Positions 36,066-45,202 of a DNA stretch of 58,451 nt are shown one piece after another. The stretch's first letter is position 1, and every line of letters starts with the position of its first letter. The notes under the pieces are model-generated. The model had not been told where the DNA came from. It saw nothing but the letters and a program-made list of their open reading frames with translations, and ran no database searches. Source of the DNA: Clostridia bacterium (GTDB lineage: Bacteria; Bacillota; Clostridia; Christensenellales; Aristaeellaceae); assembly GCA_900759005.1 (NCBI GenBank), contig CAAEUQ010000029.1, forward strand, positions 1 through 58,451, written 5' to 3'. Position numbers and translations under genes: made by a program.

Positions 36066-36745
36066 GCGCGCTTCGCCCCCTTCCGATTCGGAATCAAAAG
36101 CACCGCCGAGGTCGCCAGCAGCGCCGGCAGCATGAACGAGCTGCCTCCGAAGACAGCCAGCGCGATCAGCGCAATACCGCCGCCGATCAGCGCAGGTTTC
36201 TTATCCGCCGCCTTTTCCCACTGGTCCATCAGGATGATTACGAACAGCGCCGTCATGCAAAAATCGACGCCCGACATATCCCACGGAATCAGATTGCCGA
36301 TCAGACAGCCGCAGACCGTCGCAATCGCCCAGTACATCCAGCTGAGCATCGCCACGCCGAACATGACCTCATGCCGATTTTCCATATTTTCGGGCAGCGA
36401 CAGATTGACCGCGTAGGTTTCGTCCGTCATCGTATGGATCATGAGCGGCTTTTTCCAGCCCATTTTCGAGAAATCCTCCAAAAACGTGATCGAATAAAAC
36501 AGCTGCCGCCCGTTCATCAGCAGCGCCGTAACCGCGATCACGCCGAGGCTGACGCCGCCCGCCAGAAACGAAATCAGCACGAACTGAAACGCGCCGGTAT
36601 ACACCGTCAGGCTCGCCAGCAGCGCAACATACCATTTCTGTCCCGTTTCCGCCATCATCATGCCGTATGCCATGCCCACGAACGCATAGCTGCAAAGAAT
36701 CGGTATCGAGCGCGCGAACGCCTGCCTGAACGCCGATTTTCTCAT
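36062..36745 (-). CDS. azlC: Branched-chain amino acid exporter AzlC
   Basis: AzlC-type polytopic protein (IPILCSYAFVGMAYG...TGAFQF). The start is set at MRKSAF (ATG 36745). Confidence 0.75.
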   Translation of the reverse strand: MRKSAFRQAFARSIPILCSYAFVGMAYGMMMAETGQKWYVALLASLTVYTGAFQFVLISFLAGGVSLGVIAVTALLMNGRQLFYSITFLEDFSKMGWKKPLMIHTMTDETYAVNLSLPENMENRHEVMFGVAMLSWMYWAIATVCGCLIGNLIPWDMSGVDFCMTALFVIILMDQWEKAADKKPALIGGGIALIALAVFGGSSFMLPALLATSAVLLIPNRKGAKRA

Positions 36746-36893
36746 CTGTACCCCTTCTTTTCCGTAAATTAGCCCAGCAAACGAATAGGTAATTAATGAT
36801 AGCACGAAACATTGCGCGTGTCAAATGAAGGAACAGTTGCGTTCCGGCTTCGGGCGTGTTATAATGCATTCAAATGTTTGTGGAGGAAATCCA

Positions 36894-37394
36894 ATGAAGA
36901 AAAACAGCGAACGCGCGAAGATCATTCGCGAGCTGATTCACACCACCGATCAGGAGTTTACCGACGAGGAGCTGATTCATCAGCTGACCGCCACGAAAAT
37001 CACCCGCCGCACCGAACCGGAAAAGCTGTCGCTCGGTCAGCGCGCATCGGACGCAGTCGCGCGATTCGCGGGCAGCTGGGCGTTCATATTCAGCTTTATC
37101 GGCGTAATGGTCGGGTGGATGGTCGTGAATGTCCTGATGGGGGCGAAAGCGTTCGACGCCTATCCGTTCATCCTGCTGAATCTGGTGCTTTCGTGCATTG
37201 CCGCCGTTCAGGCGCCGCTGATCATGATGAGCCAGAACCGCCAGGAGGCAAAGGATCGCGAACGCGCGGAAAACGATTATAAGGTGAATCTGAAAAACGA
37301 GCTGATCATTGACGATCTGCATCAGAAGCTGGACAAAATTCTCGAAAACCAGCAGGCGATCCAGCGGCGGCTGGACGCTCTGGAAAAGAAGTAA
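36894..37394 (+). CDS. DUF1003 family membrane protein
   Basis: GSWAFIFSFIGVMVGWMVVN...FDAYPFILLNLVLSCIAAVQAPLIMMSQNRQ...DYKVNLKNE is the signature of DUF1003. GGAGG lies before the ATG at 36894. Confidence 0.8.
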   Translation: MKKNSERAKIIRELIHTTDQEFTDEELIHQLTATKITRRTEPEKLSLGQRASDAVARFAGSWAFIFSFIGVMVGWMVVNVLMGAKAFDAYPFILLNLVLSCIAAVQAPLIMMSQNRQEAKDRERAENDYKVNLKNELIIDDLHQKLDKILENQQAIQRRLDALEKK

Positions 37395-37446
37395 GCATAG
37401 AAAGCGGCGCAGCCCTATGGAATGGACTGCGCTGCTTCATTTTTAT

Positions 37447-38622
37447 TCAGATCAGCCGCAGGATTTTCCACGTTTCGTTCGCGAAATCCAATTCAAACGA
37501 CACATTCTCGCCGTCCGTTTTCATTGGAATTTCGATTTCGCCGTCCATCGGGTGCGCGCCGCCGAGCAGCGATTCAGGAATGAGGATTTTCACCCTTCCG
37601 GTCGGCTGCGTGCATTCGCCGGCGTATTCGAACGCGACGGTCAGCACGCGCTCGCCGTTTGCCAGTTCACCTGCGCGCACGACAGCCTCGCCCGGCGGCA
37701 GCCGCCCGTCGATCGCCTCAGCGCGCGCGAATTCAGGCGCCGTCAGCCGTGCGGAATCGTCCGCAAGTCTGCAAACGGGGCATATTTTGATCGCGCTTTC
37801 CGCATTCGGCGCGAATTCCGCGATTTCGCAATTCGTCGTTCGAGTGCCCTCGCAGCCTGAGCGCTGGCAGATTGCCGAATGCGTTCCGTCGCCGTTCGGC
37901 TGCCATTCGCCGTACCAGTGACCGAGCGCGCGCGTGCGGTCGGCTCTTCGCGTTTCGCCGCACACGGAGCAGGTATAATCGGTAAATCCGCCGCCCGTGC
38001 AGGTGGGTGCGGTCACGGCTGCGATTTCGGTATGCCCGAGCGCGGTATTCGACGCAGTTACGGTATCCTCCGCGTCGCAATGCTCGCATTTCGCGGTCTT
38101 TGTGCCGTCGGCTGTGCAGGTCGCGTCTTCATTATAATTATAATGAATGAAGCTGTGGGGGAGCTTGGAAAGCGTATAGCTTCTCGACATTCCGACGGAC
38201 GCGCCGCCGTATTTGCTGAATTGAAGGCGCAGTTCATAGCGCGCGAAGCCCTCTTCCGTGCAGCTCGGCGCGCGATAATCGGTGCGCCCCGCCGTTTCGC
38301 AGTTCAGCTCCGCGGCGGTTTTCTGTTCGCTCGCGCCGCAGTATTCACAAGTGTTTGTGATTTTGCCGCTGGGAATAACCATTTGAATCGTCTCCGGCGG
38401 CAGCCCGTCGGTCAGCTGGATTGATGCGGGATAGCTGATTCCGTCAACATCGAATTTGTGATTGCCGCTCTTTCCGAATTCGGCGCAGAGCCTGCACTGC
38501 TGAATATGGGTTTCCGGCTTTGATTCATCCAGAACCCACTGCCAATCATGTTCGCATTCTCCGAGGGCGGGCGCTGCAAGCGTCAGCAGCAAAGCGCTCA
38601 GCAGGCAAATCCATCGCTTCAT
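37447..38622 (-). CDS. Secreted Cys/His-rich repeat protein, function unknown
   Basis: Signal peptide MKRWICLLSALLLTLAAPALGE. More than 20 Cys lie in paired modules (CRLC, CEYCG, ATCTADGTKTAKCEHC, PTCTGGGFTDYTCSVCG, CQRSGCEG, CPVC), with recurring ALGH. Confidence 0.65.
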   Translation of the reverse strand: MKRWICLLSALLLTLAAPALGECEHDWQWVLDESKPETHIQQCRLCAEFGKSGNHKFDVDGISYPASIQLTDGLPPETIQMVIPSGKITNTCEYCGASEQKTAAELNCETAGRTDYRAPSCTEEGFARYELRLQFSKYGGASVGMSRSYTLSKLPHSFIHYNYNEDATCTADGTKTAKCEHCDAEDTVTASNTALGHTEIAAVTAPTCTGGGFTDYTCSVCGETRRADRTRALGHWYGEWQPNGDGTHSAICQRSGCEGTRTTNCEIAEFAPNAESAIKICPVCRLADDSARLTAPEFARAEAIDGRLPPGEAVVRAGELANGERVLTVAFEYAGECTQPTGRVKILIPESLLGGAHPMDGEIEIPMKTDGENVSFELDFANETWKILRLI

Positions 38623-38695
38623 TGTCGATCCCCCTTCGCCGCATTTTTCCAACATTATACAATACACGCGCGCATTTGGCAAGCAGGAAAGCAGG

Positions 38696-39901
38696 CTATT
38701 TCAGCGCGTCGAGCACCTGCTGAATGGGCAGATTTTCCCGCGCGGCAATCGCGGCGACGTCCTCATATTCCGGCTTTTTCTTGGATATGCCGTAGCCTTC
38801 GGAAATTTTCATGCGCACGTCGCCATACCGCGTATGCGCCGTTTCCGTTCGCGAGGAGAGCACATAACGATCGAGCAGGCTGCGGCGCACACCGCGCGTC
38901 GTGGTATGCAAAAGCATCATGTGCGCAAATTTTTCGGATTCGCCCTCGGGACACAGGCAGGTCAGCAGCGTGCCCGGGCGGTTTTTCTTCATCTGAATGG
39001 ATTCGGTAAACACGTCCAGCGCGCCCGCGTCCAGCAAAACGCCCGTCGCATAGCCGATTGCTTCCGCGGTCATATCGTCGAGATTGCATTTCAGCTCCGC
39101 GATTCGGGAAAGCGAATCGCCGCCGCTTCCGAGCATCGCGCGCACGCAATTCGCGGCGGGAAAGTCCTTCGTGCCCATGCCGTAGCCGGTTTTCTCGATT
39201 TTCATGCTCGGCATATTGCCGAATTCATCCGCGATTTCTCTAAGAAGCGCCGCGCCCGTAGGCGTGAGCATTTCGCCGCGGATATCGCCCGCATAGCAGG
39301 GAACGCCCTTGAGCAGAATCGCCGTTGCGGGCGCGGGCACGGGCAGCACGCCGTGAGCGCACCGCACCTGACCAAAGCCCGTTCGCACCGGCGACGCGAT
39401 CACTCGATCGGGCGAAAGCATTTCCATCAGCAGGCAAACGCCCACCACATCTGCGACCGCGTCCAGCGCGCCGACTTCGTGAAAGTGAATCTGGTCGACG
39501 CTCGTTCCGTGTACCTCGGATTCGGCGGCGGCGATGGAATCGTACACGCGCATGGCGCGCGCCTTGACCGCATCCGAAACCGAAAGCGCCTGAATCGCCG
39601 CGCGAATATCCTTCACGCCGGAATGCGCGTAGTGATGATGGTCGTGGTCATGTGTGTGATCATGATCGTGATGATCATGGTCGTCGATGCTTTCTTCCTC
39701 CTCGCCGCCGACGAGCACGCGCGCGTGATTGCCGACCACGCCGCATTTTACGCTTTTTTCCAGCGAGACCGTCGTGTTCGGCAGCCCGATTGCATTCATC
39801 TTTTCAACGAAGGTCTCCGGCGCGTCCAGAAGCGAAGCGAGCGCGCCCATCAGCATATCGCCCGAAGCGCCCATGCCGCAATCCAAATAAATCGTTCGCA
39901 T
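38696..39901 (-). CDS. larC: Nickel-pincer cofactor biosynthesis nickel insertase LarC (single unsplit ORF)
   Basis: MRTIYLDCGMGASGDM N-terminus (DUF111/LarC), His-rich tract DDHDHHDHDHTHDHDHHHYAH. Length is 401 aa. Confidence 0.88.
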   Translation of the reverse strand: MRTIYLDCGMGASGDMLMGALASLLDAPETFVEKMNAIGLPNTTVSLEKSVKCGVVGNHARVLVGGEEEESIDDHDHHDHDHTHDHDHHHYAHSGVKDIRAAIQALSVSDAVKARAMRVYDSIAAAESEVHGTSVDQIHFHEVGALDAVADVVGVCLLMEMLSPDRVIASPVRTGFGQVRCAHGVLPVPAPATAILLKGVPCYAGDIRGEMLTPTGAALLREIADEFGNMPSMKIEKTGYGMGTKDFPAANCVRAMLGSGGDSLSRIAELKCNLDDMTAEAIGYATGVLLDAGALDVFTESIQMKKNRPGTLLTCLCPEGESEKFAHMMLLHTTTRGVRRSLLDRYVLSSRTETAHTRYGDVRMKISEGYGISKKKPEYEDVAAIAARENLPIQQVLDALK

Positions 39902-39926
39902 ATGTTCACCCGATTCAAAAATATCG

Positions 39927-40670
39927 TTATAATCCCGTCATCGTATTGATTCGGTGTGCGAGGAAACCCGCGCCGAATCCGTTATCGATATTCACGACGC
40001 TCACGCCGCTGGCGCAGGAATTCAGCATGGACAGAAGCGCCGCGACCCCGTGAAAGCTCGCGCCATAGCCGACGCTCGTCGGCACGGCGATCACCGGACA
40101 CGACACCAGCCCGCCCACGACGCTCGCGAGCGCGCCTTCCATGCCTGCAATCGCGATCACGACGCGTGCACCCTCCAGCAAATCGAGATGCGAAAGCAAT
40201 CGATGCAATCCCGCGACGCCCACGTCGTACAGCCGCGTGACGCGGCTTCCGAGTGCTTCCGCCGTGCGCGCAGCTTCCTCCGCGACGGGCATATCGCTCG
40301 TTCCGCCGGTTGCAATCGCGATATTGCCGACCCGCTCGATCTTCTTCGGCGCGGCGACGCCGACCTGCGACATCGGATCGTAATCGAGCGGAACCGCCTT
40401 TCGGACGTACTCCGCCTTATCCGGACTCATTCGGGTAATCAGGATATTCTCCGCGCCCGCGGCGGCGAGATGCACGCAGATGCCGGCAATCTGCTCCGCC
40501 GTTTTTCCCGCGCCGTAGACCACCTCGCCCGCGCCCTGGCGAACCGCGCGATGGTGATCGATCATCGCATAGCCGAGATTCTCAAACGGCTGCGTTTTCA
40601 AATGTTTAAGCGCGTCGTCGACGCTGATTTCGCCGCTCTGCACGCGCGAAAGGATTTCTCTCGTATCCAT
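39927..40670 (-). CDS. larB: Nickel-pincer cofactor biosynthesis protein LarB (NaAD carboxylase/hydrolase)
   Basis: PurE-like C-terminal half with ATGGTSDMPVAEEA. Length is 247 aa. Confidence 0.85.
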   Translation of the reverse strand: MDTREILSRVQSGEISVDDALKHLKTQPFENLGYAMIDHHRAVRQGAGEVVYGAGKTAEQIAGICVHLAAAGAENILITRMSPDKAEYVRKAVPLDYDPMSQVGVAAPKKIERVGNIAIATGGTSDMPVAEEAARTAEALGSRVTRLYDVGVAGLHRLLSHLDLLEGARVVIAIAGMEGALASVVGGLVSCPVIAVPTSVGYGASFHGVAALLSMLNSCASGVSVVNIDNGFGAGFLAHRINTMTGL

Positions 40671-40681
40671 TCAGCCGCCCC

Positions 40682-41434
40682 CTATCTGGATTTCAAATCG
40701 AGCATGACCGCCGGAAATTCATCCTTCAACGCGTTCAGGATGGCGTCTCGATGCCCGATTGCCCGCGCCATTTGCGCTTCCGGCAGCTGAATCCGCGCCG
40801 CGCCCGCGTACACGCGCACGCGCAGATCGGAAAAGCCCATCGCCCGCAGCGCCGTTTCCGCGCGGTCGACCTTTTCAAGCGTTTCCGCGTCGATCGCCGT
40901 TCCGGACGGAATGCGCGTCGCCAGACACGCGTATGCCGGCTTATCCCATGTAAACAGCCCGTTTTCCCGCGAAAGCATGCGGATTTCCGATTTGGTCAGT
41001 CCCGCTTCGCGCAGCGGCGAGCGCACTTCGAGCTCGCACAGCGCCTTCATGCCCGGGCGGTCGAACGCATCGTCGGACGCGTTCGTTCCATCGATCACGA
41101 GCGTGCAGCCGTCCGCCTTTGCGGTATTCAGAATGCGCGTAAACAGCGCGCGCTTGCAGAAATAGCAGCGGTTTTCCGGATTCCTTCGCACGTCTTCAAC
41201 CGCGAGCACGTCCGCTTGAATGATATGAAGCGGCACATTCAGTTCCCTGCACAGGCGCTTTGCGTCCTCGATCTCAAATTCCGGCTGAAACTGCGTATGC
41301 ACATAATACGGCCGCACGTCGCAGCCGGCGTTTGCCGCCGCCCAGAGCAGAAATGCAGAATCCACGCCGCCCGAAAACGCCAGCGCGACCCGCGTATGCT
41401 CCTTAAAAAACGCATTCAATGCGTCCATGCCCAT
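40682..41434 (-). CDS. larE: ATP-dependent sacrificial sulfur transferase LarE
   Basis: PP-loop AFSGGVDSAF. Length is 250 aa. It is adjacent to larB and larC. Confidence 0.85.
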   Translation of the reverse strand: MGMDALNAFFKEHTRVALAFSGGVDSAFLLWAAANAGCDVRPYYVHTQFQPEFEIEDAKRLCRELNVPLHIIQADVLAVEDVRRNPENRCYFCKRALFTRILNTAKADGCTLVIDGTNASDDAFDRPGMKALCELEVRSPLREAGLTKSEIRMLSRENGLFTWDKPAYACLATRIPSGTAIDAETLEKVDRAETALRAMGFSDLRVRVYAGAARIQLPEAQMARAIGHRDAILNALKDEFPAVMLDLKSR

Positions 41435-41513
41435 TCAAACCGCCTCCAAAGCCGAGAAATTATGTAGTCATTATACAGCCGTTCGCGCGCGGCTGTCAAC
41501 CTGCGGCGCGCAT

Positions 41514-42734
41514 TCAATTCTCTTCCGTTTCGACCCTCGCCGCGCGCTGAATGGCGGTTTTGCCGTGCTTTAAGCGAATCTGATCGATCGTCTTTTCCAG
41601 CTTTTCGCGTTTTTCACGGTTTTCAAACGAGTCCGGCTGTGCTTCGCACAGGTCGAACAGGCTGATCTGTTCTGCGATTTCGTTTGCCGGCGCAAGCCGG
41701 GTAACGCCGACGGTGATTGCGCGAATCGGGGTTCCGGGCTGCCAGTTCGCTTTCACGAGCCGCATCGCGCCCTCGGCGATTTCCTTTTGCGAAAACGTCG
41801 CATGGCAAAGTGTGGTCTGGCGCGAAATCGCCTTCAGGTCTGGCGTTTTAAGGGAAATCTGAATGCCCGTGCCCTTCAGGTTCTCCTTGCGCAATCGCCG
41901 CGCAACCTCGTCCGAAAGCATGGTTATGCCGCTGCGGATTTCGCTTTCGGCGGTCAGATCGCGCCGAAACGTTGTTCCATGGCTGACGGACTTGCTTTCC
42001 GGTCGGTCGTCATAAAGACGGACGGGCGAATCGTCCAACCCGTTGCACATCCTGCGCAGCGAAAGTCCGCTCTTGCCGAGCAATTCCGAGAGGCGCGATT
42101 CCGGCGCATTTGCGAGATCGCCGATCGTTTGAATGCCCGCGCGATTCAGCCGCGCGGAGGCAGATTTGCCCACGAACAGCATTTCCGAAACAGGCAGCGG
42201 CCAGAGAATTTCGCGGAAATTCGCTTCGGTAATCACCGTGGTCGCGTCCGGCTTTTTGTAATCGCTGCCCATCTTCGCAAACGTCTTATTGAACGAAACG
42301 CCCACGGAAATCGTGACGTGAATCTCGTTTCGCACGCGCGCGCGCAGGAGGTCGGCAAACTCCGCGCCGGTTTTGCCATAATAGGAAAGGCAATCCGTTA
42401 AATCCAGAAAGCTCTCGTCGATCGACGCAGGCTCGACATAATCGGTGTATTCGCGGTAAATCCGGTTGATTGCGCGCGAAATTTCGGAATACAGATGATG
42501 GTGCGGCGGCACGAACAGGATGTTCGGGCATTTCTCCCGCGCCTGCCAGACCGTGTCCGTCGTCTTTACGCCCGCGCGCTTCGCCAGATCGTTTTTCGCG
42601 ACCACGATACCCGCGCGCCGCGCCGGATCGCCCGCGACCGCCATCGGCACATTCCGCCATTCGGGATGATCGATGCATTCGCAGGATGCGAAAAAATTAT
42701 TGCAATCGCAATGCAGAATTGTTCGCGCGCGCAT
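41514..42734 (-). CDS. dinB: DNA polymerase IV
   Basis: ILHCDCNNFFASCE, SIDESFLD, and little-finger region. The start is set at MRARTIL (ATG 42734) with GGAGG upstream. Confidence 0.92.
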   Translation of the reverse strand: MRARTILHCDCNNFFASCECIDHPEWRNVPMAVAGDPARRAGIVVAKNDLAKRAGVKTTDTVWQAREKCPNILFVPPHHHLYSEISRAINRIYREYTDYVEPASIDESFLDLTDCLSYYGKTGAEFADLLRARVRNEIHVTISVGVSFNKTFAKMGSDYKKPDATTVITEANFREILWPLPVSEMLFVGKSASARLNRAGIQTIGDLANAPESRLSELLGKSGLSLRRMCNGLDDSPVRLYDDRPESKSVSHGTTFRRDLTAESEIRSGITMLSDEVARRLRKENLKGTGIQISLKTPDLKAISRQTTLCHATFSQKEIAEGAMRLVKANWQPGTPIRAITVGVTRLAPANEIAEQISLFDLCEAQPDSFENREKREKLEKTIDQIRLKHGKTAIQRAARVETEEN

Positions 42735-42746
42735 GATTTCATCCTC

Positions 42747-42760
42747 CAAACATATGTTCT
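42747..42760 (-). promoter_or_regulatory. LexA (Cheo-type SOS) box upstream of dinB
   Basis: The minus strand reads AGAACATATGTTTG against the consensus CGAACnnnnGTTCG. It lies 6 nt downstream of the -10 and just upstream of the RBS. Confidence 0.7.
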
Positions 42761-42766
42761 ATTTGT

Positions 42767-42795
42767 ATTATATCGCGAATGCGCGCAAAAAGCAA
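42767..42795 (-). promoter_or_regulatory. Sigma-70-type promoter of dinB
   Basis: The minus strand reads TTGCTT, a 17-nt spacer, then TATAAT. Confidence 0.6.
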
Positions 42796-42856
42796 TCCTT
42801 TCTTCCGGATTTTGGCAGGCAACGCGCCCGCGCTTTCGGGCGCAGGCGCGTTGGAT

Positions 42857-43660
42857 TTACTGGTTTTCTTTGGAAATGTCCGTTCCGAAATACTTTTCGG
42901 ACAGCTCGGTGAGCTTGCCGGACGCATCCAGCTCGGAAAGCGCGTCGTTGACCGCCTTGAGCAGCGACGCGGTATCGTCGCCCTTGCGGACGGGAATCGC
43001 GACGCGCTCGACGTCGTCGGACATCGTGGCGATCTTGATGTTCGCTTCCGGATGCACGTTCAGGTAATCATAGAACACGACCTCGGCATTCAGCGTCGCG
43101 TCGATGCGGCCCGCGAGCAGCAGTTCGATCGTCTGATTCAAATCGTCCACGGCGGTCACGGTCGCGCCGAAGCTCTCCGCCTGAGTCGCATAGGTGCTGG
43201 AGATCGTGTTCGCGGTCTTTTTGCCCGCGAGATCGGACATGGACTGAATTTCGTCGTAATCGCCGCGGACGATCACCGCCGTGCGGTTATAGGCATAGGG
43301 GGTGGAGAAATTGTATTTCTCCTCGCGTTCAGGCGTAATGCCGACGCCGTTGACCATGACGTCATAGCGGCCGTCGTCCAGACCCGCAAGCAGACCGTCC
43401 CATTCGCCCTCGACGAAATTCACCTTCACGCCGAGCTTTTCGGCGATCAGCTGCGCGATTTCAACATCGTAGCCGACCAGCTGGTCGTTTTCATCGTGGT
43501 AAGTCCACGGCGCCCATGTGCCCTCCATTGCGACGGTAATGCTGCCGCGTTCGCGAATCTTGGAAAGCAGATCGCCGGATTCCTTCCTGGCGGAGCAGCC
43601 GGTCAGCGCGAGCGCCGCCAGAACCGCCATAACCAGTGCGAGAATTCTGCGCATTTTCAT
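42857..43660 (-). CDS. Polar amino-acid ABC transporter substrate-binding lipoprotein
   Basis: Lipobox LALTGC. Family 3 SBP pattern (WAPWTYHDENDQLVGYDVEIA). Confidence 0.88.
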   Translation of the reverse strand: MKMRRILALVMAVLAALALTGCSARKESGDLLSKIRERGSITVAMEGTWAPWTYHDENDQLVGYDVEIAQLIAEKLGVKVNFVEGEWDGLLAGLDDGRYDVMVNGVGITPEREEKYNFSTPYAYNRTAVIVRGDYDEIQSMSDLAGKKTANTISSTYATQAESFGATVTAVDDLNQTIELLLAGRIDATLNAEVVFYDYLNVHPEANIKIATMSDDVERVAIPVRKGDDTASLLKAVNDALSELDASGKLTELSEKYFGTDISKENQ

Positions 43661-43666
43661 ATTGCT

Positions 43667-44407
43667 TCACTCCTGTACCGAAAAATTTTTCAAAAACGCA
43701 CGCGTGCGTTCCTGTCGGGGATTGGAAAAAAATTCGCGGCTCGGCGCGGATTCGACGATCACGCCGCCTTCCATGAACACAACCTGATTGGACACCGTTT
43801 TCGCAAAGCCCATTTCGTGGGTCACGACCAGCATCGTCATACCCTCATTTGCGAGCTCGCGCATTACGGAAAGCACCTCTCCGGTCAGCTCCGGATCGAG
43901 CGCGGAGGTCGGCTCGTCGAAATAGATGATCTCCGGCGAAACGGCAATCGCGCGCGCAATCGCCACGCGCTGCTGCTGACCGCCGGACAGCTGTGAAGGA
44001 TAATAATCCGCGCGATCGGAAAGCCCCACCTTTTCAAGCGCGGCGCGCGCGGTTAAAATCGCGTCCGCCTTCGGAATACCGCGGCCGGCAATCAAACCCT
44101 CGGTCACGTTCTGAAGCGCGGTTTTATTCGCGAACAGATTGTAATTCTGGAACACGAACGCCGTCTTTTTGCGAATGCGCGCGATGTCCTTTTGGGAAAC
44201 GGTCTTCAGCGGGATATGCTCGCCATCGAACACCAATTCACCGCCGTCCGCGCGCTCCAGAAAGTTGGCGCAGCGAAGCAGCGTGGTTTTGCCCGAGCCG
44301 GAGGGCCCGAGAATCGCGATTACGTCGCCCTGATTGACATTCAGGCTCACGCCCTTGAGCACCTCGAGGGAACCGAACGCCTTTTGAATATTTCTAAGCT
44401 CCAGCAT
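43667..44407 (-). CDS. Polar amino-acid ABC transporter ATP-binding protein (GlnQ-like)
   Basis: GPSGSGKTT, LSGGQQQRVAIARA, IIYFDEPTSALDPE, VVTHEMGFA. Confidence 0.92.
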   Translation of the reverse strand: MLELRNIQKAFGSLEVLKGVSLNVNQGDVIAILGPSGSGKTTLLRCANFLERADGGELVFDGEHIPLKTVSQKDIARIRKKTAFVFQNYNLFANKTALQNVTEGLIAGRGIPKADAILTARAALEKVGLSDRADYYPSQLSGGQQQRVAIARAIAVSPEIIYFDEPTSALDPELTGEVLSVMRELANEGMTMLVVTHEMGFAKTVSNQVVFMEGGVIVESAPSREFFSNPRQERTRAFLKNFSVQE

Positions 44408-44410
44408 CCG

Positions 44411-45088
44411 TCAGCCCTCCCTGCGCACGCTCTGATCGAGCTTCTTTTCGCCCACGCGCTGCAATTTGGTCAGAATCGTGGAGAACATCAGATAAATCAG
44501 CCCCACCTCGAGATACAGCATCAGCGGTTCATAGGTGCGCGCAACGATTCGCTGCGTCGCCATGAACATTTCCGTCACCGTGATATTCGCCGCCAGCGAC
44601 GTATCCTTGACCATCGCAATCAGCGAATTCGAAAGCGGCGGGAACGCCGTTCGCATCGCCTGCGGCAGCACAATTCGAAAAATCACCTGCATATAGGAAA
44701 GCCCCGCGCACAGACCCGCCTCCAGCTGACCCGCCGGCACGGATTCAAGCGCCGCGCGCACGGTTTCCGCGCAATACGCGCCCTCGTTCAGCGAAAACAC
44801 GATCACCGCCGCCGGAAACGGCTCCAACACGATTCCAACTCTCGAAAGCCCGAAAAACACCACGAACAGCTGCACCAGCAGCGGCGTTCCGCGGAAAATC
44901 CAGATATAAAACCGCGCGACCGGCTTCAGCACCTTCACATTGGCAAACTGCACCAGCGCAACCGCGACCGCGATCACCATCGCCAGCGAAAATGAAATGA
45001 TCGTCAGCGGCACCGTGACCGTAAGTCCCGGAATCAGAATCTTTGGAAAGGAATCAATAAACAGCTTCAGCAGACGCTCGCCGGTCAT
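44411..45088 (-). CDS. Polar amino-acid ABC transporter permease
   Basis: His/Glu/Gln/Arg permease family. EAA-like loop (QLEAGLCAGLSYMQVIFRIVLPQA). Confidence 0.88.
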   Translation of the reverse strand: MTGERLLKLFIDSFPKILIPGLTVTVPLTIISFSLAMVIAVAVALVQFANVKVLKPVARFYIWIFRGTPLLVQLFVVFFGLSRVGIVLEPFPAAVIVFSLNEGAYCAETVRAALESVPAGQLEAGLCAGLSYMQVIFRIVLPQAMRTAFPPLSNSLIAMVKDTSLAANITVTEMFMATQRIVARTYEPLMLYLEVGLIYLMFSTILTKLQRVGEKKLDQSVRREG

Positions 45089-45202
45089 TCTCCCGTCTCC
45101 TTATTAACGTTCTTGGGCGCTTGCCCATTTTGATAGTATACCAGATTGCTCGGCAAAACGCAAATGCCTGTTTCATATCGCATGATATAACCAGACTGAA
45201 AA

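Noticed and set aside
38696-39901. The His/Asp-rich tract in LarC (DDHDHHDHDHTHDHDHHH) as a possible frameshift or slippery site, by analogy with larC1/larC2 of Lactobacillus plantarum.
   Set aside because: The ORF is continuous across the tract and encodes both the N-terminal and C-terminal LarC regions in one frame. No frameshift is needed.
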